Translations under genes and position numbers: made by a program
Part shown: positions 25,644 to 35,379 of the stretch, in pieces
How positions within the stretch are numbered: position 1 is the stretch's first letter
Layout of the letters: each line of letters opens with the position of its first letter
From: an uncultured Actinomycetes bacterium
GTDB taxonomy: Bacteria; Actinomycetota; Acidimicrobiia; Acidimicrobiales; RAAP-2
DNA length: 64,000 bases
Assembly: GCA_903847955.1 (NCBI GenBank)
Contig: CAINFA010000153.1
Coordinates: forward strand, 2,805 to 66,804
Direction: 5' to 3'
The notes under the pieces: model-generated
Seen by the model: the letters and a program-made list of their open reading frames with translations, nothing else
What the model was told of the DNA's origin: nothing
Database searches by the model: none

Positions 25644-27092
25644 TTACCTCTTCTTCTGGCGGTAGAGGGCCCGTGGGCCCGAGGCATCTTTGTTGAGCCG
25701 CTTGGTGAGGTGCAGCCCATCGAGCAAGAACTCGAGGGCAGCCGCCATCTCCTCAGGGCCAGCGCCTTCGCCGGCGATGACCCGAGTCGGCGGCTCGAGC
25801 GCAGGGAGCTCGGCCAAGACCTCGAGGTAGGCCGCAGCGGGCAGGTCATCACCGGCGTGCACGACGACGCCACCTTCGAAGGCGTCGAGGAGCTCTGCGG
25901 ACTCCTCGAGCACCACTCGGCGACGGAAGACCTGGAGCACCGATGCGGCGACGAACTGGGCGATGAGGTCCTCCTCGCGCCCCTCCTCCATCGCTTCAAT
26001 CTCGATCTTTCCTTGGGTCGAGGTCACGATGGCGGCGAGGTCCGAGATCCTCGGGACCACCACCTGATCGCCAGTGCGCAAGGTGCGCCGCACGGCGTTG
26101 GCGATCACCGACTCGTAGTTGGCGATGGTGAGCCGCACCGAGACACCGCTGCGCTGGTTGAGCAGGCCGCTGCGCCGGGCCAGCTGGGAGAACTCGGCGA
26201 CGATCTCCTCGAGGTAGTCCGGGACGACGACCTGGTAGAGGTCGTGGGGAACCTTAGCCTCCTGGCGCAGAATCTGCACCTCAAGGGAGGTCTCTCTGGG
26301 GTAGTGGGTGCGAATCTGGGCGCCGAAGCGGTCCTTGAGCGGGGTGATGATTCGACCACGGTTGGTGTAGTCCTCGGGGTTGGCGGTCGCCACCAGCACC
26401 AGATCGAGGGGGAGCCGGATTCGGTGGCCACGGATTTGGATGTCACGCTCTTCGAGGACGTTGAGCAGACCCACCTGGATGCGCTCGGCCAAGTCAGGCA
26501 ACTCGTTGATGGCGAAGATGCCTCGGTTGACCCTCGGCACGAGGCCGTAGTGGACGGTGAGCTCATCGGAGAGGTAGCGCCCCTCTGCCACCTTGATCGG
26601 GTCGACCTCGCCAATGAGGTCAGCGATAGAGGTGTCAGGGGTCGCCAACTTCTCGCCGTAGCGATCGCTGCGGTGCAGCCAACTGATCGGCGTCTCATCC
26701 CCCAGCTCGGCCACCAGGTTCTTGGCGTGTCGGGACACTGGGTGGTACGGGTCGTCGTTGATCTCTGATCCCGCCACCACCGGGATCCACTCGTCGAGCA
26801 GGTCCACCAATGCTCTGATGAGCCGGGTCTTGGCCTGCCCGCGCTCACCGAGCAAGATGATGTCGTGCCCGGCAAGTATGGCGTTCTCGAGCTGGGGGAT
26901 GACCGTCTGGTCGAAGCCGAGAACCCCGGTCACGATCGGCTCACCTCGTGCGATGAGCGCCGTGGCGTTGCGGCGCAGCTCGTCGGCGACCGAGGTCGAC
27001 TCCCAGCCTGACGCCCTCAACGCACCGAGGGTGCTCGGGAGGTCTTCGACGGGGAGAGTCGGCTTCGAGGTGGGCTCTGCAGCGCTGGTCAT
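25644..27092 (-). CDS. ChlI/BchI-like AAA+ ATPase
   Basis: Walker A variant LLGERGQAKTRL, Walker B GIFAINELPDL, LLNVLEERDIQIRGHRIRLPLDLVLVATANPEDY..RGRIITPLKDRF (sensor/arginine-finger region typical of Mg-chelatase-I-like ATPases). Confidence 0.8.
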   Translation of the reverse strand: MTSAAEPTSKPTLPVEDLPSTLGALRASGWESTSVADELRRNATALIARGEPIVTGVLGFDQTVIPQLENAILAGHDIILLGERGQAKTRLIRALVDLLDEWIPVVAGSEINDDPYHPVSRHAKNLVAELGDETPISWLHRSDRYGEKLATPDTSIADLIGEVDPIKVAEGRYLSDELTVHYGLVPRVNRGIFAINELPDLAERIQVGLLNVLEERDIQIRGHRIRLPLDLVLVATANPEDYTNRGRIITPLKDRFGAQIRTHYPRETSLEVQILRQEAKVPHDLYQVVVPDYLEEIVAEFSQLARRSGLLNQRSGVSVRLTIANYESVIANAVRRTLRTGDQVVVPRISDLAAIVTSTQGKIEIEAMEEGREEDLIAQFVAASVLQVFRRRVVLEESAELLDAFEGGVVVHAGDDLPAAAYLEVLAELPALEPPTRVIAGEGAGPEEMAAALEFLLDGLHLTKRLNKDASGPRALYRQKKR

Positions 27093-27238
27093 GGCTTCAC
27101 CCTACGCGCGACCACCGGGCGGGCGACATCGAGATCTGCCCGAGGGTGGACGTCCCTGATGGATTGGCTTCTAGGATGGCTGGGACATGACCGGCTGTGC
27201 CGTGCCGACGCTGTGGCGTCGCGGGAGAGGAGAGGCGA

Positions 27239-28096
27239 GTGGCTGTCGACAACGCATCGATCACTGAGGTTGTCCTAGGTGGAACCCGCGGTGGTCCCGA
27301 CGTCAAGACGCTGCGCGAGGACAAGTGGTGGAAGCTTCCGCTCGTCACCGTGCTCGGCCTCTCGGCCTTCGTGGTGTACGCCACCTGGGCAGCGGTGTGG
27401 GGTGACTCGAACTTCTTCTACCTCCCCCACAACATCATCTCGCCGTTCTACTCACCGTGCCTCGCCCATGCGTGCAAGGCCGCTGGTGACACCGGCTCGC
27501 CGGTCTTCGACTGGTGGCGGCTCTCGCCTGCGCTGATCATCTTGGTGTTCCCCCTTGGTTTCCGGATGACCTGCTACTACTACCGCAAGGCCTACTACCG
27601 CTCGTTCTGGCGGGCTCCGGTGGCTTGTGCGGTCCAAGATGCCCGCCCCGGCTACACCGGTGAGACCCGAGCCCCGCTCATCATCCAGAACATCCACCGC
27701 TACTTCTTCTACGCCGGTCTCGTCTTCAACGTGCTGCTCACCATCGACGCCGTCCAAGGCTTCATCTGGCCGACGCTGCACCACCAGCTGGTCCACGGCC
27801 AGTACGTCACCCAGTCCGGTGGCTTCGGGATGAGCGTGGGCAGCTTGGTGCTCTGCGTCAACGCCACCTTGCTGTGGATCTACTCGTTGAGCTGCCACGC
27901 GTGTCGACACCTCTGCGGTGGCCAGATTCGGAGCTTCTCGAAGCACCCAATTCGCCACAAGCTGTGGAAGTTCGTGACCCCGCTCAACGCCCGGCACATG
28001 ACCTTCGCCTGGTGCAGTTTGTTCTTCGTCGCCTTCACGGACCTCTACGTCCGCCTGGTGGCCAGCGGCACCATCACCGACTTCAAGATCTTCTGA
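27239..28096 (+). CDS. sdhC: Succinate dehydrogenase membrane anchor / cytochrome b subunit (5-TM type)
   Basis: Polytopic protein with conserved His candidates (LPHNIISPF, IQNIHRYFFY, SCHACRHLCGG), directly upstream of sdhA-sdhB. GTG 27239 is preceded by GGAGAGGAGAGG. Confidence 0.75.
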   Translation: MAVDNASITEVVLGGTRGGPDVKTLREDKWWKLPLVTVLGLSAFVVYATWAAVWGDSNFFYLPHNIISPFYSPCLAHACKAAGDTGSPVFDWWRLSPALIILVFPLGFRMTCYYYRKAYYRSFWRAPVACAVQDARPGYTGETRAPLIIQNIHRYFFYAGLVFNVLLTIDAVQGFIWPTLHHQLVHGQYVTQSGGFGMSVGSLVLCVNATLLWIYSLSCHACRHLCGGQIRSFSKHPIRHKLWKFVTPLNARHMTFAWCSLFFVAFTDLYVRLVASGTITDFKIF

Positions 28097-28118
28097 GCAC
28101 AAGCGGAGAGGAACCACC

Positions 28119-29933
28119 ATGGCCGACTACGAGAGCCACAGTTACGACGTCATCATCATCGGGGCCGGTGGAGCCGGCCTGCGGGCAGCCATTGAGGCGA
28201 AGGGTCGCGGCCTGAACGTCGCCCTGATCTGCAAGTCCTTGCTCGGCAAGGCGCACACCGTGATGGCCGAAGGCGGCGTCGCTGCTGCCATGGGCAACGT
28301 CTACAGCGAGGACAACTGGCAGGTCCACTTCCGCGACACCATGCGTGGAGGCAAGATGCTGAACAACTGGCGCATGGCGCAACTCCACGCCCAGGAGTCT
28401 CCCGACCGAGTCCGTGAGCTCGAAGGCTGGGGCGCGCTGTTCGACCGCACCAAAGATGGACGCATCCTCCAGCGTGACGTCGGCGGCCACCGCTCCGCCC
28501 GCCTCGCCCACGTGGGCGACCGCACCGGCCTCGAGCTGATCCGTACCCTCCAGCAGAAGGCGGTGTCGATGGACATCGACGTCTTCATGGAGTGCAAGAT
28601 CCTCAAGCTGCTCCAAGACGCAGAAGGTCGCGTCTCTGGTGCCATTGGCTACTGGCGCCCCACCGGTGAGTTCATCTCCTTCACCGCCAAGGCCGTCGTG
28701 CTGGCCTCGGGCGGCGTGGGCAAGTCTTGGAAGTACACCTCGAACTCCTGGGAGGGCACCGGCGACGGCCACGCCATGGCCATGTGGGCTGGCGCAGACC
28801 TGATCGACATGGAGTGCGTCCAGTTCCACCCGACCGGCATGGTTTGGCCGCTGTCGGTGCGCGGCATCTTGGTCACCGAGGGCGTTCGTGGTGACGGCGG
28901 CGTGCTCCGCAACTCCGACGGCAAGCGGTTCATGTTCGACTACGTCGCTGACATGTTCCGAGCCGAGACGGCGGAGTCCGAGGAGGAAGCCGACAAGTGG
29001 TACGACGACCACACCGCCGGCCGTCGCCCTCCTGAGCTGCTGCCTCGTGACGAGGTGGCCCGTTCGATCAACTCTGAGGTCAAGGCCGGTCGGGGCAGCC
29101 CCCACGGCGGCGTCTTCTTGGACATCGCCTCCCGCCGCAGTGCCGAGTTCATCCGTCGGCGCCTGCCGTCGATGTACCACCAGTTCATGGAGTTGGCCGG
29201 AGTCGACATCACCGCCACGGCCATGGAGGTTGGTCCGACCTGCCACTACATCATGGGTGGCGTCCGGGTCGACGCCGACACCACCGCCACCACCGTCCCC
29301 GGCCTGTTCGCTGCCGGCGAGGTAGCTGGTGGCATGCACGGTTCGAACCGTCTGGGCGGCAACTCGCTGTCGGACCTGTTGGTCTTCGGACGCCGAGCTG
29401 GCATGGGCGCCGCTGACTACGTCGAGGGCCGCACCGGCACCCCGACCATCGACCACGATGAGCTCGAAGCGGTGGTCCAGGAGTCCCTCAAGCCCTTCAC
29501 CCGTGAGACGGGCGAGAACCCGTACGACATCCAGCGCGACCTGCAGGAGATGATGCAGTCCAACGTGGGCATCATCCGCACCGGCAGCGAGCTCGAGGAG
29601 GCCCTGGTCGAGCTCGACAAGTTGGTCGAGCGAGCCGACAACGTTGCGGTGAAGGGCGGCCGGGTCTACAACCCTGCATGGAACCTCGCCACCGACCTCC
29701 CGTCGATGCTGACGGTCTCTCGCAGCGTCACCTTGGGTGCGCTCAACCGCAAGGAGTCCCGCGGCGGACACACCCGAGAGGACTTCCCCAAGCCCGATCC
29801 CGAGTTCGGCAAGGTCAACCTCGTGCTCTCCCAGCCCTCTGGTGGAGGAATGCACGGCGAGATCAAGATCTCTCCAGAGCCGCTGCTGCAGATGCCCGAT
29901 GACCTCAAGGTCCTGTTCGAGGAGACGAAGTAA
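28119..29933 (+). CDS. sdhA: Succinate dehydrogenase flavoprotein subunit
   Basis: YDVIIIGAGGAGLRAAIEA (FAD fold), HTVMAEGG, the catalytic-region blocks HPTG and EGVRGDGG, GGNSLSDLLVFGRRAG, ESRGGHTREDFP. Confidence 0.95.
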   Translation: MADYESHSYDVIIIGAGGAGLRAAIEAKGRGLNVALICKSLLGKAHTVMAEGGVAAAMGNVYSEDNWQVHFRDTMRGGKMLNNWRMAQLHAQESPDRVRELEGWGALFDRTKDGRILQRDVGGHRSARLAHVGDRTGLELIRTLQQKAVSMDIDVFMECKILKLLQDAEGRVSGAIGYWRPTGEFISFTAKAVVLASGGVGKSWKYTSNSWEGTGDGHAMAMWAGADLIDMECVQFHPTGMVWPLSVRGILVTEGVRGDGGVLRNSDGKRFMFDYVADMFRAETAESEEEADKWYDDHTAGRRPPELLPRDEVARSINSEVKAGRGSPHGGVFLDIASRRSAEFIRRRLPSMYHQFMELAGVDITATAMEVGPTCHYIMGGVRVDADTTATTVPGLFAAGEVAGGMHGSNRLGGNSLSDLLVFGRRAGMGAADYVEGRTGTPTIDHDELEAVVQESLKPFTRETGENPYDIQRDLQEMMQSNVGIIRTGSELEEALVELDKLVERADNVAVKGGRVYNPAWNLATDLPSMLTVSRSVTLGALNRKESRGGHTREDFPKPDPEFGKVNLVLSQPSGGGMHGEIKISPEPLLQMPDDLKVLFEETK

Positions 29934-30709
29934 TGGCCGATGTGACCATGCGAATCTGGCGCGGCGACGACAAGGGCGGCCAGCTGGTCGACTACCGCAT
30001 CGAGGGCAACGAGGGCGAAGTCGTCCTCGACGTCATCCACCGGCTGCAGGCAACCCAGGCTCCGGACCTCGCCTGTCGCTGGAACTGCAAGGCGGGCAAG
30101 TGCGGCTCGTGCTCGGCTGAGATCAACGGCATGCCTCGGTTGATGTGCATGACCCGCATGGACCAGCTGCCCGCTGGCCCGGTGACCGTGACGCCGATGC
30201 GGACCTTCCCCATCATCAAGGACCTCGTCACCGACGTGAGCTTCAACTTCGAGATGGCCAAGCGGGTCCCGGCCTTCAACCCCCCACCGGCCCCTGAAGG
30301 GGGCTACCGCATGGCCCAGGTCGATGTCGAGCGCGGCCAGGAGTTCCGCAAGTGCATCGAGTGCTTCTTGTGCCAGAACGTCTGCCACGTCATCCGTGAC
30401 CACGAGGACAACAAGGCCCACTACGCCGGACCCCGGTTCTTCATCCGCTACGCCGAGCTCGAGATGCACCCGCTCGACACCAACGACCGCCGCGAGCTGG
30501 TTCGTGAGCGCATGGGCCTCGGGCTGTGCAACATCACCAAGTGCTGCACCGAGGTGTGCCCTGAGCACATCAAGATCACCGACAACGCCATCATCCCCCT
30601 CAAGGAGCGTGCGGTCGACGCCCACTACGACCCCGTGGCGTGGCTGGGTCGCAAGATCACCGGTCGCAAGAAGCGCTCGGCTGACGAGGCCGCTGCACTG
30701 AGGCCCTAG
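29933..30709 (+). CDS. sdhB: Succinate dehydrogenase iron-sulfur subunit
   Basis: CRWNCKAGKCGSCSAEINGMPRLMC ([2Fe-2S]), CIECFLCQNVC and CNITKCCTEVCP (4Fe/3Fe clusters). The ATG overlaps the sdhA TAA by 1 nt. Confidence 0.95.
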   Translation: MADVTMRIWRGDDKGGQLVDYRIEGNEGEVVLDVIHRLQATQAPDLACRWNCKAGKCGSCSAEINGMPRLMCMTRMDQLPAGPVTVTPMRTFPIIKDLVTDVSFNFEMAKRVPAFNPPPAPEGGYRMAQVDVERGQEFRKCIECFLCQNVCHVIRDHEDNKAHYAGPRFFIRYAELEMHPLDTNDRRELVRERMGLGLCNITKCCTEVCPEHIKITDNAIIPLKERAVDAHYDPVAWLGRKITGRKKRSADEAAALRP

Positions 30710-31083
30710 TGCACCAGCGCGATGCACGGGCGGAGTTCAACCTCGCTGGTGCGTCGCTGACCGATGCTGAGCGAGAGGGCATCAGCGCCATCCTGGCCGG
30801 ACGCGACGCGCTCCGCATCGTCCAACCTGGCCTCGACGGCCACGAGCTGATCGCCATCACCCCTACGTCGGTGCACCAAGAGGTCCTCGATGACCTGCCC
30901 GAGCACGTCGACCTCATCCTCGAGCTCGACCCAGCCGACGTCGCCGCCCTGCGTTCGGGACGAACCACCGCCGCAGCGCTGCTGTCCCAGGGGCGGGTCA
31001 AGGTTCGAGGTGCGGTGGCGGATCTAGCCGGGCTGAGCACCGTGCTGGCCTCGGTCGCTCGCCGGGTGCCCGTCGAGCCGTGA
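30709..31083 (+). CDS. Small protein, possibly SCP2-like domain
   Basis: The C-terminal ...AALRSGRTTAAALLSQGRVKVRGAVADLAGL resembles the end of SCP2/sterol-carrier-like domains. The GTG shares 1 nt with the sdhB TAG. The assignment is weak. Confidence 0.4.
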   Translation: MHQRDARAEFNLAGASLTDAEREGISAILAGRDALRIVQPGLDGHELIAITPTSVHQEVLDDLPEHVDLILELDPADVAALRSGRTTAAALLSQGRVKVRGAVADLAGLSTVLASVARRVPVEP

Positions 31084-31841
31084 GCGAGCTGCCGCTGCTC
31101 GAGGACGATCTCGGAGCGCCAGGCATCATCGATCCATCCGCCATCCACCAGCCTGGCGCGATCCCTCCACGCGCCGTGGCCTGCTTCTTCAACGATGTGG
31201 TCACCAAGCTCCACCGAGACGGCGTGCTCGAGCACCGCACCACCTTGCACTCCGAGATCGGCGCCAACCCGATCTACACCTTGGAGCTCTCTGGACAACC
31301 GCTCACCGTGTTCCACCCGGGCGTGGGCGCGCCACTGGCGGCAGGGTTCGTCGAAGAGGTCATCGCCTTAGGGGCCACCCACTTCGTGGCCTGTGGCGGT
31401 GCGGGGGCACTCGTGGAAGACCTCGTGCTCGGCCACCCGGTGATCGTCAACGCCGCCATCAGAGATGAGGGCACCAGCTTCCACTACCTCGCCCCGAGCC
31501 GTCGGGTCGACGCTGACCCCCACGGCGTCGCCGTGCTCGAAGCGCTGCTCACCGAGCGAGGTATCAACTACCTCACCGGGTGCACCTGGACCACCGATGC
31601 CATCTTCCGAGAGACGAGGGCACGGGTTGACCGACGGGTGGCAGAGGGGTGCCTGACCGTCGACATGGAGGCCTCGGCCTTCATGGCCGTGGCGCAGTTC
31701 CGGCAGGTCTGCTTCGCCCAGTTGCTCTACGCCGGCGACTCGCTGGCAGGTGAGACGTGGGACGAGCGGTGCTGGATGCAGGACCGCTCGTCACGTGAAG
31801 CGCTGTTCTGGCTGGCCGCCGAAGCGGCGCTGCGGCTCTAG
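31080..31841 (+). CDS. Nucleoside phosphorylase superfamily protein (PNP/UDP_1-like)
   Basis: VFHPGVGAPLAAGFVEEVIALGATHFVACGGAGAL ... DMEASAFMAVAQFR. GTG/TGA overlap with the upstream gene. Confidence 0.7.
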   Translation: MSELPLLEDDLGAPGIIDPSAIHQPGAIPPRAVACFFNDVVTKLHRDGVLEHRTTLHSEIGANPIYTLELSGQPLTVFHPGVGAPLAAGFVEEVIALGATHFVACGGAGALVEDLVLGHPVIVNAAIRDEGTSFHYLAPSRRVDADPHGVAVLEALLTERGINYLTGCTWTTDAIFRETRARVDRRVAEGCLTVDMEASAFMAVAQFRQVCFAQLLYAGDSLAGETWDERCWMQDRSSREALFWLAAEAALRL

Positions 31842-31843
31842 GC

Positions 31844-32839
31844 CTAGGAGACGAGGCCGAGACCCCGGACGTCCTCGCGCTCGCCCACCAGCTCCTCGGT
31901 GGTCTTGGCGATGCGGTCCTTGGCGAACTCGTCGTGGCTCAGACCCTCGAGGACGGACCAGCCACCCTCGCCGTCAGCGACGATGGGGAAGCCGAACTGC
32001 AGCCCCTCGGGGGTGCCGTACTCACCACGTGAGGCAACGGCCACCGAGACGGAGTCACCAGGGGCGGTCTTGGTGCGCAGGCCGACCACGGTATCGATGG
32101 CAGCGTTGGCAGCCGAGGCGGCTGACGACAGCCCACGGGCCTCGATGATGGCCGCGCCGCGCTTCTGCACGGTGGTGATGAAGTCACCCTCGAGCCAGGC
32201 GGTGTCGGTGATGACCTCGGTGGTGGGCTTGCCCGCGATGGTCGAGTTGGAGAAGTCGGGGAACTGGGTCGCTGAGTGGTTGCCCCAGATGGCCAACTGG
32301 GCCACGTCGGCGACCGAGACGCCAGCCTTCTTGGCCAGCTGGGTCTTGGCCCGGTTCTCATCGAGGCGGGTCATGGCGAACCAGCGGTCAGCAGGGACCT
32401 CGGGGGCGTTCTCCCGGGCGATGAGGCAGTTGGTGTTGCAGGGGTTGCCGACCACGAGCACCCGCACGTCGCTGGCGGCGTTCTTGGCGATGGCCTGGCC
32501 CTGGGGCTTGAAGATGCCACCGTTGACGCTGAGGAGGTCACCGCGCTCCATGCCCGCCTTGCGGGGGATGGAGCCAACGAGCAGCGCCCAGGAGGTGTTG
32601 GTGAAGGCGACGTCGAGGTCCGAGGTGGCCTCGATGCCGGCGAGCAACGGGAAGGCGCAGTCGTCGAGCTCCATGACGACGCCCTCGAGGGCCTTCATCG
32701 CCGGCTCGATTTCGAGCAGGCGCAGCACGACGGGGGTGTCGGCGCCGAGCAGCTGGCCCGAGGCGATACGGAACAGCAGCTGGTAGCCGATCTGGCCAGC
32801 TGCGCCGGTGACGGTGACGTGGACGGGGGCGTTGGGCAT
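31844..32839 (-). CDS. mdh: Malate dehydrogenase (LDH-like MDH, long type)
   Basis: [31 protein letters not shown]...[38 protein letters not shown]. Confidence 0.95.
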   Translation of the reverse strand: MPNAPVHVTVTGAAGQIGYQLLFRIASGQLLGADTPVVLRLLEIEPAMKALEGVVMELDDCAFPLLAGIEATSDLDVAFTNTSWALLVGSIPRKAGMERGDLLSVNGGIFKPQGQAIAKNAASDVRVLVVGNPCNTNCLIARENAPEVPADRWFAMTRLDENRAKTQLAKKAGVSVADVAQLAIWGNHSATQFPDFSNSTIAGKPTTEVITDTAWLEGDFITTVQKRGAAIIEARGLSSAASAANAAIDTVVGLRTKTAPGDSVSVAVASRGEYGTPEGLQFGFPIVADGEGGWSVLEGLSHDEFAKDRIAKTTEELVGEREDVRGLGLVS

Positions 32840-32888
32840 GGTGGTTCCCTTCAGTTCAGTGCAGTGCAGTTCGAGGTGGGTGGGGTGG

Positions 32889-34085
32889 TTACAGGCGGTC
32901 GACGATGGCCGAGGCGAACTCGGAGCACTTGACCTCGGTAGCGCCCTCCATCAGTCGGGCGAAGTCGTAGGTCACGATCTTGTCGGCGATGGTGGCCTCG
33001 AGGGCCCGGACGATGTCCTGGGCCGCCTCGGTCCAACCCAAGTGCTCGTACATCATCACCCCAGAGAGGAGGACTGAGCCGGGGTTGACCTTGTCCTGGC
33101 CGGCGTACTTCGGGGCAGTGCCGTGGGTGGCTTCGAAGATGCCGTGGCCGGTGACGTAGTTGATGTTGCCGCCAGGGGCGATGCCGATGCCGCCCACCTG
33201 GGCCGCCAAGGCGTCGGAGAGGTAGTCGCCGTTCAAGTTGGTGGTGGCGATGACGTCGAACTCCGACGGGCGGGTCAGCACCTGCTGGAGGGTGATGTCG
33301 GCGATGGAGTCCTTCACGAGCAGCTTGCCCTCGGGCTTGCCGCCGCAGTCGTCCCAGCCAACGGCAACGTCGGCGAACTCCTCGCGCACGAGGTCGTAGC
33401 CCCACTGACGGAAGGCACCCTCGGTGAACTTCTGGATGTTGCCCTTGTGGACCATGGTGACCGACTCACGGCCGTGCTCGAGGGCGTACTTGATCGAAGC
33501 CCGGATGAGGCGCTTGGAACCCATCTCCGAGATGGGCTTGATGCCGATGCCCGAGTGCTCCCGGATGTCCCAGCCCATCTCCTCGCGCAAGAAGGTGCGG
33601 AGCTTCTCGACCTTGTCGGTCCCCGCCTCGGCCTCCATGCCGGCGTAGACGTCCTCGGTGTTCTCCCGGAAGATGACCATGTCGACCAGCTCGGGGTGCA
33701 GCACCGGCGAGGGCACACCGGTGAACCAGCGCACCGGACGGAGGCAGACGTAGAGGTCGAGGATCTGGCGCAGGGCCACGTTCAGCGAGCGGATGCCACC
33801 ACCAACGGGAGTGGTGAGGGGGCCCTTGATCCCAATCAGGTGGTCCCTGAACGCAGTGACGGTCTCCTCGGGGAGCCAGTTCCCGGTCTCGTTGAAGGCC
33901 TTCTCGCCCGCCAGCACCTCGAGCCAGGCCACCTCGTGGCCGTGCTTCTTGGCGGCGGCATCGAGGACCAGCTTGGCTGCCGGCCAGATGTCGACGCCGG
34001 TGCCATCGCCTTCGATGAAGGGGATGATGGGGGTGGTGGGTACGTGCAGGACGCCATCGGCGCCCATCGTGATCTTCTCAGCCAT
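32889..34085 (-). CDS. icd: NADP-dependent isocitrate dehydrogenase (homodimeric type)
   Basis: [71 protein letters not shown]. Confidence 0.95.
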   Translation of the reverse strand: MAEKITMGADGVLHVPTTPIIPFIEGDGTGVDIWPAAKLVLDAAAKKHGHEVAWLEVLAGEKAFNETGNWLPEETVTAFRDHLIGIKGPLTTPVGGGIRSLNVALRQILDLYVCLRPVRWFTGVPSPVLHPELVDMVIFRENTEDVYAGMEAEAGTDKVEKLRTFLREEMGWDIREHSGIGIKPISEMGSKRLIRASIKYALEHGRESVTMVHKGNIQKFTEGAFRQWGYDLVREEFADVAVGWDDCGGKPEGKLLVKDSIADITLQQVLTRPSEFDVIATTNLNGDYLSDALAAQVGGIGIAPGGNINYVTGHGIFEATHGTAPKYAGQDKVNPGSVLLSGVMMYEHLGWTEAAQDIVRALEATIADKIVTYDFARLMEGATEVKCSEFASAIVDRL

Positions 34086-34146
34086 GCCCTCAGCCTACGA
34101 CCTCACCGCACCGTCGTCGAAATCTGAGGACGGTCCCGCCGCCTAC

Positions 34147-35010
34147 TCAGCGTGGTGCCAAGCCCAGGCGGTCGTAGATCTCCCGAGTCGCAGTCGACTG
34201 GTTCAAGGTGTAGAAGTGCAGCCCTGGCACGCCCCGTGCCAGCAGCTCGGCGCCCAGCTCAACCGCGTGGTCAATGCCAGCCCGGCGCACGGCCTCATCA
34301 CCACCGTTTGCGTGGGCAGCCTCGAGCCTCGCCACGAGCGCCTCAGGCACCGCTGATCCCATCTGGGCCATGCGAGGCACGGATCGCAGCGAGGTGACCG
34401 GCATGATGCCCGGCAGCACCGGCTTGTGCACGCCGAGGTCGGCGAGGTCCGCCACCAAGCTCGACCAGCGGTCGGCCTCGAAGAGGAACTGGGTCACGGC
34501 GAAGTCGGCGTGGTCCAACTTCATGGCGAGGAAGTGCCGGTCTTGGGCGAGAGAGGTCGATCGGGGGTGGCCCTCGGGGTGGGCGGCGACACCGATGGAG
34601 AACGAACCGACCTCGCGAGCCAGCGCCACCAGCTCGCTGGCGTAGGTCAACTCGCCAACGATGGCACCCTCGTGGGTCGGCGGGTCCCCACCGAGCGCCA
34701 TGAGGTTCTCGACCCCAGCGTTGACGTAGGCCTCGAGGATCTCAACCAACTCAGCCGTGGTGTGCGCCACGCAGATCAGGTGGGCCATAGGGACCAGCCG
34801 ACCGCGCGCGGCCATCTCGACCACGAGGTCGTAGGTGCGTTGCCGCGACTCTCGTCCACCTCGGTAGGTCACCGAGACGAAGCTGGGCTCGAGGGGCTCG
34901 AGTGCTTCGACCGTTGCGCTCAGCGTGGCTCGCTCGGCCTCTGACTTCGGTGGGAAGAACTCAAAGCTCGAGGTCTGCCCGTGCGCCAAGAGCTGGTCGA
35001 TGCGCGCCAC
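34147..35010 (-). CDS. metF: Methylenetetrahydrofolate reductase
   Basis: SFEFFPPKSE, FVSVTYRGG, NLMALGGDPP, and FAVTQFLF in the family-typical region. The GTG start abuts the stop of the cupin gene. Confidence 0.9.
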   Translation of the reverse strand: MARIDQLLAHGQTSSFEFFPPKSEAERATLSATVEALEPLEPSFVSVTYRGGRESRQRTYDLVVEMAARGRLVPMAHLICVAHTTAELVEILEAYVNAGVENLMALGGDPPTHEGAIVGELTYASELVALAREVGSFSIGVAAHPEGHPRSTSLAQDRHFLAMKLDHADFAVTQFLFEADRWSSLVADLADLGVHKPVLPGIMPVTSLRSVPRMAQMGSAVPEALVARLEAAHANGGDEAVRRAGIDHAVELGAELLARGVPGLHFYTLNQSTATREIYDRLGLAPR

Positions 35011-35379
35011 TCAGCTTCGTCCGTAGTCGTCCTCGTAGCGAACGATGTCGTCCTCGCCGAAGTAGGTGCCGAACTGCACCTCGATGAACACGAGCTCATC
35101 GGCCCCAACGTTCTCCACGCGGTGCTTGGTGCCAAGGGGGATGTTGATCGAGTGCCCCTCAACCACCTCGTGGTCGACGTCGTCCAAGGTCACGTTGGCG
35201 GTGCCAGAGACGACGAACCAGTGCTCGGCGCGCTTGGCGTGGCTCTGGTAGCTCAGACGCTTCCCTGGTGCCACGGTGATGCGCTTGACCTTGTGGTCAG
35301 CGGCGTCGTCGTCGAGCACGAGGTAGTTGCCCCACGGGCGCTCGTCGTACTCACGGCCCTTGTCGTCGAGGGTGCTCAC
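35011..35379 (-). CDS. Cupin protein resembling the C-terminal domain of type II phosphomannose isomerase
   Basis: ERPWGNYLVLDDDAADHKVKRITVAPGKRLSYQSHAKRAEHWFVVSGTANVTLDD...IPLGTKHRVEN. GTG 35379 overlaps the folD TGA (GTGA). The track start at 35466 would overlap folD by 90 nt. Confidence 0.7.
   Translation of the reverse strand: MSTLDDKGREYDERPWGNYLVLDDDAADHKVKRITVAPGKRLSYQSHAKRAEHWFVVSGTANVTLDDVDHEVVEGHSINIPLGTKHRVENVGADELVFIEVQFGTYFGEDDIVRYEDDYGRS

Noticed and set aside
32851-32872. Short pentamer-like repeat TCAGT TCAGT GCAGT GCAGT T in the icd-mdh spacer
   Set aside because: It has only four imperfect units and lies in the mdh 5' leader. It is most simply chance or part of a promoter/UTR. 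It is not a CRISPR or a satellite.
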